Shown piece by piece: positions 25,268 to 31,555 of a stretch of 31,555 bases of DNA. How positions within the stretch are numbered: the stretch's first letter is position 1; each line of letters opens with the position of its first letter. A program made the translations under genes and the position numbers. The DNA comes from Phycisphaeraceae bacterium. GTDB lineage: Bacteria > Planctomycetota > Phycisphaerae > Phycisphaerales > SM1A02. Location: NCBI GenBank assembly GCA_040374835.1, contig JBEITQ010000001.1:1-31555 (forward strand), given 5' to 3'. The notes beneath the pieces are model-generated. The model saw nothing but the letters and a program-made list of their open reading frames with translations. It was not told where the DNA came from and did not search any database.

Positions 25268-27712
25268 TCAACGCGAGGGAGTGCGGCCCCGCGTCGCGGC
25301 CCGCAGCAAGCCGGCGGCCGCCCTCGCCAGCGGAATCCGCCGCATCGCTTGCTTCAGCCGGACCTGCGGCGGCGGCGGGAGAGCCGGTGCCCGCGGTTCG
25401 CGGGCGCGCTCGGCCATGTGCAGCATCGCGATCCACGCGGGCGCCCACGACGCTTCCGGCGATCCTTGCGCCCACTCCTGTGCCTGCCCGACCGCGAGGA
25501 ACGTCTCGCAGAGATCGTCGAACAGCGCGCGGCGGATGGCCCAGACCCGTTCCTCGAGGGCGTCGACGTGGGCCGCGGCCGCTCCGTCCAGCGGCCCCGC
25601 CGGGGCCGACCACGCATCGAGGCGTTCGAGCGTCGCGACCATCGGCTCGACGGCACTCTCCCAGGATGGAAGGTCCGTGGACGCACCGCGCGCGATGCGA
25701 CGGCGACGCTCGACCTCGAGCTCCTGGTGGAGCTTGAGGCACTCGCTGCCGACCAGGCACGGGTGCATGGCGGCGAGCACGGTGCGCATGCTGCCGACGC
25801 GACGCATCCGCTCGAGGAACGACCGCACCGTCATCGGATGAAGGTGGAATCCACGGGCCTCGGACAGGAAACGGAGCTTCATCCCGCGCGTGGAGAGGCG
25901 ATGGCCGAGCTCGATGTCCTCGTATGCGGCATGGCGGAATGACTCGCTGAAGACCTGCTCGAGGTCCGACGTGAGCGCCCGCTTCCACGAGACGTTCGAC
26001 GTGTAGAAGCGGTCGAACGGCACCTCCTGCCCGTCGCGCAGCCCCTGGAAGTTGAACTGCTGGGCGCCCGCCCCCACGATGTGGTCGGTGAGCCATCCGC
26101 GGCGAATGTCCGGGTGCCAGTCGACCTTCCCGACGAAGGCGTCCTCGGCGTGCGGCCGCTGCCGGTGGGCCGCCAGGTGGCGTGCGACGAGGTCGGCGGC
26201 GGGGACGATGTCGTCGCCGGTGACGAGGAGAACCTCGCCTTCCGCCTCCTCCAGCCCACGGTTCCTCGCCGCGCCCGGACCGACACGGCCATCGTTGTCG
26301 ATCACCCTGGCGCGGATGGACGTTCCGAACGACCCGACGAGCTCCTGGACCGCCCGGACGTCGCCATGGTCGTTGACGACCACGACCTCGAACGACTGCT
26401 CGCCCTGGGCGGCGTATCCCGAGAGGGTCTTCCCGAGTTCGGCAAGCCGGTCCTTGGTGGGCACGATGACCGAGAGCGGCACCGTCGATGGCCGGCGGCG
26501 GCGGGAACGCGCAGCATCCGCTTCCGCGCGCCATCGCTCCACCGCCTGCACGAGCGACCGCGCCGCGTTCCTCCACGTGTAGCGGCCGAACACGTGCGCC
26601 CGCGCCACCGACGCGGCATTCTCGGCAGCCGACGGGTCGGCGAGGAAGGACCGGAGCGAGCGCACCAGCGACTCCTCGCGCGGCTGCGCCCAGTACGCGC
26701 CGGGACCCACGAGGTACTGGTCCGTGTCGAGGCACCTCCCGACCGGCACCTCGTCGAACTCGATCGGCAGGAAGCCTCCGGCCGGCGCGTACTCGAGGGG
26801 GCCTCCGAATGCCGGCATCATCACCGGCAGCCCCGCGGCCATCGCGTCGATGATCTTCATGGCGTATCCCTCGCCCCTGAAGGGGGACACCATGAGGTGC
26901 ATGCGGCCGTACAGCCGGATCAGGTCCTGCTTGGCGAGGAACTGCTCGTGCCATACCACCCGGGGGAAGGACGGCTGCGACGCGACCAGGTCCCGGAGCT
27001 CACGGGAGCCGGACGAGGCGCCGTAGTCCTTGACGTGGATCTCGACGGGGTCGTGCGGTCCGAACGCCTTCGCGAGCGCCGGGACCAGGATGTCGGTGCC
27101 GTAGCGGGGGAGGTCATGGGAGTTCGTCACCACCAGCAGCCTGCGGACCTCGCCGTCGATCGGGGGCTTGCCGCCGGGATAGAGCGATTCGATCTCGGGT
27201 GAATACCCCGGCGCCACCACCGAGCACCGGTCGGCCGGCACGCCCAGATCCTGCAGGCTCTCGCGGCAGAAGGAGCTCAGCGGCAGCTTGCGCACGCCGT
27301 TCGTCGCGAGATTCCTGCTCCACATGTCGAGCGGGCGCGTCTCGCCGCGGAAGCGGTAGTTCGTGACGAACAGTTCCGCGTCGACGTCACCCGAGGTCTC
27401 CTGCATCAGGAACTGCGGGCGGTAGTGGTTCAGCCGGACATGGCACGTTCGGCGCGGCCGCTCGGCCATCAGCGCGAAGAGACGCGACCGGAGCCGCTGT
27501 TCGAGCGAGCGGGAAACGGTGCGCGTGCGCGGGATGCTCACGCGGCATCCGAGGTCGTCGAGCGCGACGGCCAGCTCGCCCGCGACCCACGTCAGGGCGC
27601 TGCCTTCCGAAAGGTCGATGGCGAGGTGAATCCCGCCGTCGCCCGGCGGTTCGAGGGTGGCGACGTCGGTGGGTCGTCGAGTGCGCACTTGGTCGGTCCC
27701 TGCCGAGACCAC
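25268..27712 (-). CDS. Bifunctional glycosyltransferase (N-terminal GT4-like plus C-terminal GT2-like)
   Basis: GT4 part: YGTDIL..ALAKAF, SPFRGEGYAMKIIDAMAAGLPVM, WAQP. GT2 part: LSVIVPTKDR, VVVVNDHG, GPGAARNRGL, TGDD, YEDIELGHRL. The start is uncertain. Confidence 0.88.
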   Translation of the reverse strand: MVSAGTDQVRTRRPTDVATLEPPGDGGIHLAIDLSEGSALTWVAGELAVALDDLGCRVSIPRTRTVSRSLEQRLRSRLFALMAERPRRTCHVRLNHYRPQFLMQETSGDVDAELFVTNYRFRGETRPLDMWSRNLATNGVRKLPLSSFCRESLQDLGVPADRCSVVAPGYSPEIESLYPGGKPPIDGEVRRLLVVTNSHDLPRYGTDILVPALAKAFGPHDPVEIHVKDYGASSGSRELRDLVASQPSFPRVVWHEQFLAKQDLIRLYGRMHLMVSPFRGEGYAMKIIDAMAAGLPVMMPAFGGPLEYAPAGGFLPIEFDEVPVGRCLDTDQYLVGPGAYWAQPREESLVRSLRSFLADPSAAENAASVARAHVFGRYTWRNAARSLVQAVERWRAEADAARSRRRRPSTVPLSVIVPTKDRLAELGKTLSGYAAQGEQSFEVVVVNDHGDVRAVQELVGSFGTSIRARVIDNDGRVGPGAARNRGLEEAEGEVLLVTGDDIVPAADLVARHLAAHRQRPHAEDAFVGKVDWHPDIRRGWLTDHIVGAGAQQFNFQGLRDGQEVPFDRFYTSNVSWKRALTSDLEQVFSESFRHAAYEDIELGHRLSTRGMKLRFLSEARGFHLHPMTVRSFLERMRRVGSMRTVLAAMHPCLVGSECLKLHQELEVERRRRIARGASTDLPSWESAVEPMVATLERLDAWSAPAGPLDGAAAAHVDALEERVWAIRRALFDDLCETFLAVGQAQEWAQGSPEASWAPAWIAMLHMAERAREPRAPALPPPPQVRLKQAMRRIPLARAAAGLLRAATRGRTPSR

Positions 27713-27982
27713 CCGATGGCCAACGGGGATCGGACCGGCGCGGGAAGTCTATTCGTCGTGCAGCACCCGCCCCAGGTCCACACCCAGGAACGGGCCTTGG
27801 TCTGCCATGCATCGGCAGGCATATTGAGGTCGTCGCGCGCGGCCATGCGTCCCCAAGCCGCCTGCCAGAGCCCCCGAGGATTCCCAGGATGAACAGTTCC
27901 GCTTCGGTCGCGCCGACCATCGCCTCCGGCGGCGCCGGGAGCGCGGGCTGACCTGGAAAGGAGCCCCGGCCGGCACCGACCG

Positions 27983-29071
27983 TCAGATCGCGCGCACGCT
28001 CCGCAGCGTGCTCCCCATCAGCTTGTAGAGGACGCGGGCGCCGACGGAGCCGTTCCATTCGTCGCCAGGCGCCCCGGGGGCAACCTCGCACAGGTCGAAG
28101 CCGATGACGCGGCGGCCGCTCGACGCCAGCAGCTCGAGCATGTGGCAGACCTCGGGGAAGGTGAGTCCGCCGGGCACCGGCGTGCCGGTGTGGGGGCAGT
28201 GCTCGCTGGTCAGGCCGTCGATGTCGAAGGAGACGTAGACCTCCCGCGGCAGCGCGGCGATGACCTCCTTGCACACCTTGGTCCAGGTGGCGCCGGCGAA
28301 CTGCCGGTCGCGCAGGCGCTGGTCGTGGAAGGTCCTCACGCGGCCCTTCGAGCGCGCGGCGAACTCCACCTCGCGCGCACCCACGTCGCGGATGCCGACC
28401 TGCACCAGCCGGGACACGCCGGGCAGGCGCGTCATCACGTTGTGGAAGATGCTCGCATGGCTCCAGGCGAAGCCCTCGAAGCTGTCCCGGAGGTCCGCGT
28501 GCGCATCGACCTGCAGGATGCCCATGCCGGGGTGTCGGAGCGAGAGTTCCGCGATCAGCCCGAACGGGCTCGAGTGGTCGCCGCCGAGTACCGCGGGAAT
28601 CGCGCCGCGGTCGAGGATGCGCTCGGCCTCGCGTGCGACGTAGCCGTGCACGCGCTCGCTTGCGGCGTTCACCGTCGCCACGGCCTTGTCGTGGGCGCGG
28701 TTTCCTGGTTCCGCGCCGCCCGCCTTGATCACCGGTTCGGCCGCCGCACGGGCGCGCTTGGACAGCGAGGCGATGTCCTTCGGCACCGGCAGCATGGCGA
28801 TGCCCGCCTTCCAGATGGGGCCGAACTGGATGTCCTCGAGGTCGACCTGCTTGCTTGCCTCGAGCACGTGCTCGGGCCCGCGCGCGGTGCCCGCGCGGTA
28901 GCTGGTCGTGGCATCGAACGGCACCGGGATCACGACGAGCCGCGCATGCTCGGGACGCGTGTCCAGGCCGAAGAGGCCGTCGCCGGTGGCCGCTGCATCG
29001 GGGTCGAATCCGGGCGGGACGATGGCGGCAAGCGGCTTCGACTGGCGTTCGGTGCGGGCGGAGCGAGGCAT
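27983..29071 (-). CDS. speB: Agmatinase/arginase family ureohydrolase
   Basis: VPFDATTSYRAGTARGP, LGGDHS, DAHADLR, SFDIDGL, TGTPVPGGL, GFDLCEV. Start moved to ATG 29071 (TATCCT 9 nt upstream). Substrate specificity is not certain. Confidence 0.85.
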   Translation of the reverse strand: MPRSARTERQSKPLAAIVPPGFDPDAAATGDGLFGLDTRPEHARLVVIPVPFDATTSYRAGTARGPEHVLEASKQVDLEDIQFGPIWKAGIAMLPVPKDIASLSKRARAAAEPVIKAGGAEPGNRAHDKAVATVNAASERVHGYVAREAERILDRGAIPAVLGGDHSSPFGLIAELSLRHPGMGILQVDAHADLRDSFEGFAWSHASIFHNVMTRLPGVSRLVQVGIRDVGAREVEFAARSKGRVRTFHDQRLRDRQFAGATWTKVCKEVIAALPREVYVSFDIDGLTSEHCPHTGTPVPGGLTFPEVCHMLELLASSGRRVIGFDLCEVAPGAPGDEWNGSVGARVLYKLMGSTLRSVRAI

Positions 29072-29138
29072 GGGGCGCGCAGGATAAGCCGCGCGAAGGG
29101 CACGCCCATCGACGCATGCACGACCAGGGACGGGCCGC

Positions 29139-31040
29139 TCATCCACCGCGGCGGGACTCGAGCTCCTGCCATCGCGCGTACAGCGTCGCCACGGATGCCT
29201 GCGCGGCCTCGAGGGTGCGGCACGCCTTCGCCATGCGAGCGTGATCGGCCGCGATCGACGGGTCGGCGACGGCTGCCTCGGCCTCGGCGCAGGCACGCTC
29301 GGCGGCCTCGATCGCGGCCTCCATGCCGTCGAGCTCGCGCTGTTCCTTGAACCCGAGCTTGCGCCGGACCACCGCGGGCGCGGCGGCGGCAGACGCGGCC
29401 GGCGAGGCGGCCATGGACGGGGCAGACGCCGCCGCCGCACCGACTGAGGTCCGCATCGCCCGCGCCGATGACTGCTCGGCACGCTCGAGCGCCGCAAGCG
29501 CTTGGTCGAGGCTCGCCACCACGCTCACCTCGCCGCCAGGCGCGCCGAGCACCACGATCTGCCGGGCCACCGCCCCGAGCATCGCGCGGTCGTGCGTGAC
29601 CAGCACCACGGCCCCCGGGAACGACTCGATCGCGCGCTCGAGCACCTCGAGCGTCGGGATGTCGAGGTCGTTGGTCGGCTCGTCGAGCACCAGGATGTCG
29701 GCCGGCTCGAGCATCATGCGCGCGATGTGCGCCCGGGCACGCTCGCCTCCGGAGAGGCTGCCGACCGGCTGCAGCAGCTGGGCGTCGGCGAAGAGGAACT
29801 GCCGTGCCCACGCGGTGATGTGCATGGCCCTGCCCTGGAAGTCGACGAAGTCGCCGAGCGGGCAGATGGCGTCGCGCAGCAGCGTCTGCGGCGGGATCTC
29901 CGCGCGCTGCTGGCGCAGGAAGACGACGCGCGGCGCGGGATCCGCGGTGCGCACGGTGCCCGCGTCCGGGGGAAGTTCCCCGCACAGCACCGCAAGCAGC
30001 GTGCTCTTGCCGCTGCCGTTCGGGCCCATGAGCCCCAGGCGGTCGCCCGGGCCGAGCTCGAGGTCGAGCCCCTTGAAGAGCGTGCGGCCGCCGAAGCCCT
30101 TCGCAATCCCCGTCGCCTGCACCAGCCGGCGCGTCCGGCGCCCGCTCGCCGAGAAGTCGACGCGCGCACCGCCTGCTGTCGCCGCCGCGTTGCGGGCGGA
30201 GATCGCCGCAAGCTCGTCGCGGCGCTCGGCGCTGTCATCGATGCGGCCCTTCGCCTTCGTGCGCCGCGCCTGGGCGCCCCGGGCAAGCCACGCATCGTCG
30301 GTGCGGACCTCGTTCGCAAGCGTCGCCTCGCCGCGCGCCTGCGCCTCCAGGAACTCCCCCCGTCGGCGGAGGAACTCGGGGTAGTTGCCGTCGACCGCCA
30401 GCGTCCCCTGCGGATACGCGCGGCTCAGCTCGACGATGCGCGTCGCCACGCGCTCCAGGAACGCGCGGTCGTGCGTCACGAAGACGCTCGCGCCCGCGCG
30501 CAGGTCGTTGGTCGGCCGCGTCAGGAACTGCTCGAGCCAGCGGATCCCCTCCACGTCGAGGTGGTTGGTCGGCTCGTCGAGGAGGAGGAGGTCCGGCGTG
30601 CCGCCGGCCGAGCACAGGCCGCAGGCGATCGACAGCCGCTTGCGCCAGCCGCCCGAGAGCCGCTCTGCGGGCTCGTCCATCAGTGCCTCGGGGAAGCCGA
30701 TCTTCCCAAGGATGGTGCCCGCCAGCACTTCCGCCTCGTGGCGGTCGCCGTGCACGCTCGCCGACGCGAGGGCAGCGTCGGTCGCGGCCATGCGCGGCGT
30801 GGTGCCGGCCGGGAAGTCGTCGCGCTGCGCCACGTACACGACCACCGTGCCGCGCGGCGTCCGCACGGTGCCGGCATCGGGCTCTTCGGCACCCGCAAGC
30901 ATGCGAAGGAGCGTCGACTTGCCGGCGCCGTTCGGGCCGATCAGGCCGACGCGGTCAGCGGATGCGATTCCGACGGACACGCCGTGGAACAGTTCGCGCA
31001 GGCCGTGCGACTTCGCGAGATCGGAGGCGACGAGGAGCAT
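29139..31040 (-). CDS. ABC-F family ATP-binding protein (Uup-like)
   Basis: Two ABC domains (GPNGAGKST/LSGGW/LDEPTNHLD/VTHDR and GPNGSGKST/LSGGE/LDEPTNDLD), ARRTKAKGR linker, C-terminal KLGFKEQREL coiled coil, no TM helices. Confidence 0.92.
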   Translation of the reverse strand: MLLVASDLAKSHGLRELFHGVSVGIASADRVGLIGPNGAGKSTLLRMLAGAEEPDAGTVRTPRGTVVVYVAQRDDFPAGTTPRMAATDAALASASVHGDRHEAEVLAGTILGKIGFPEALMDEPAERLSGGWRKRLSIACGLCSAGGTPDLLLLDEPTNHLDVEGIRWLEQFLTRPTNDLRAGASVFVTHDRAFLERVATRIVELSRAYPQGTLAVDGNYPEFLRRRGEFLEAQARGEATLANEVRTDDAWLARGAQARRTKAKGRIDDSAERRDELAAISARNAAATAGGARVDFSASGRRTRRLVQATGIAKGFGGRTLFKGLDLELGPGDRLGLMGPNGSGKSTLLAVLCGELPPDAGTVRTADPAPRVVFLRQQRAEIPPQTLLRDAICPLGDFVDFQGRAMHITAWARQFLFADAQLLQPVGSLSGGERARAHIARMMLEPADILVLDEPTNDLDIPTLEVLERAIESFPGAVVLVTHDRAMLGAVARQIVVLGAPGGEVSVVASLDQALAALERAEQSSARAMRTSVGAAAASAPSMAASPAASAAAAPAVVRRKLGFKEQRELDGMEAAIEAAERACAEAEAAVADPSIAADHARMAKACRTLEAAQASVATLYARWQELESRRGG

Positions 31041-31090
31041 GCGGTGCGGCGCGCGGAAGTGCGGAACTCCGCGATGATAGGAGCGTGCGA

Positions 31091-31353
31091 TCAGGCGACG
31101 GAGACGAAGGCGGCGAGCGCCCCAGCCGTCGCATCGCGCACTCCGGCATGGGGACATCCGCCGGCCCGACCTCATGCGGGTCGCGGACGCCATCGGCGCC
31201 CAGCATCCGCCGCATCGAGTTGCCGGCGGTCTTCGCGACGCGGATGAAGAGGATCTGGCGGGGACGCAGCAACTCGGTCGTCCGATGCCGGAGCCGATCG
31301 GCCGTCCGGGCGATCAATGCCCTCAGCCCGGGCCATGGGCCTTCAACCGTCAT
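31091..31353 (-). pseudogene. Truncated sulfotransferase-family gene remnant
   Basis: The ATG overlaps the upstream GT stop (ATGA). ILFIRVAKTAGNSMRRML matches the PAPS-binding F.H.PKTAG.S motif. The homology then breaks down, the second FVRNP-type motif is absent, and the frame runs into the ABC-F gene. Confidence 0.55.
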
Positions 31354-31555
31354 GCGGACCTTTCATCCAGCCAGCCTCGCGAGGCCAGCCACGATCGGAT
31401 GGACCTGCCCACGGCGTCGGGCGCGTGGTGCGCGGCCATCCATGCGCGCCCGGCACGCCCCCTCGCGGCCGCCGCATCGCGGTCGCGATCGATGGCCACC
31501 AGCGTCTCCGCGGCGCGCTCGACCGACGGATCCGCCCATCGCTGGGACTTCCAGC
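31350..31555 (-). CDS. 3' end of a GT4-like glycosyltransferase (partial, enters from the right edge)
   Basis: Translates as WKSQRWADPSVERAAETLVAIDRDRDAAAARGRAGRAWMAAHHAPDAVGRSIRSWL...SA*, a typical GT4 C-terminus similar to the WAQP segment of the gene at 25268-27712. Confidence 0.7.
   Translation of the reverse strand, partial: WKSQRWADPSVERAAETLVAIDRDRDAAAARGRAGRAWMAAHHAPDAVGRSIRSWLASRGWLDERSA

Noticed and set aside
27713-27982. Short ORFs (27749..27976, 27592..27846) or an ncRNA in the agmatinase-GT intergenic region
   Set aside because: No recognisable motif, start signal or convincing structure beyond short GC hairpins.

Overview
High-GC bacterial chromosome segment, most likely Planctomycetota/Phycisphaerales. 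This is inferred from PGPG/PAPG-type PEP-CTERM-like tails, a Phycisphaerales-type dockerin-like repeat, a CxxCGY..CPECG membrane protein and the dksA-lspA gene pair. About 30 CDS and 3 tRNAs (Pro-GGG, Ser-GGA, Val-CAC) are supported. Left part: three tandem paralogous PEP-CTERM-like surface proteins, a CMD/AhpD-like protein, a GH29 fucosidase, a winged-helix regulator and a large multidomain secreted sulfatase. Middle: mostly housekeeping (truB, lspA, dksA-like, accA, proC, ABC transporter, mltA, tatA, ArnT-like GT, AbgT), with interspersed accessory genes (AAA-DUF4143 ATPase, a caspase/CHAT-like His-Cys protein, a tiny zinc-ribbon ORF between two tRNAs). Right part: a surface-glycan region (RgpF-like, gmd, GT4+GT2 fusion, a truncated sulfotransferase, a partial GT4) interrupted by agmatinase and an ABC-F/Uup gene. 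Many genes have a TAnnnT-like -10 box 6-10 nt before the start codon, suggesting widespread leaderless transcripts. I saw no CRISPR array, integrase or transposase. Most long ORFs in the supplied track are antisense or off-frame artefacts of high GC. All product calls come from motif recognition by eye; no database searches were run.
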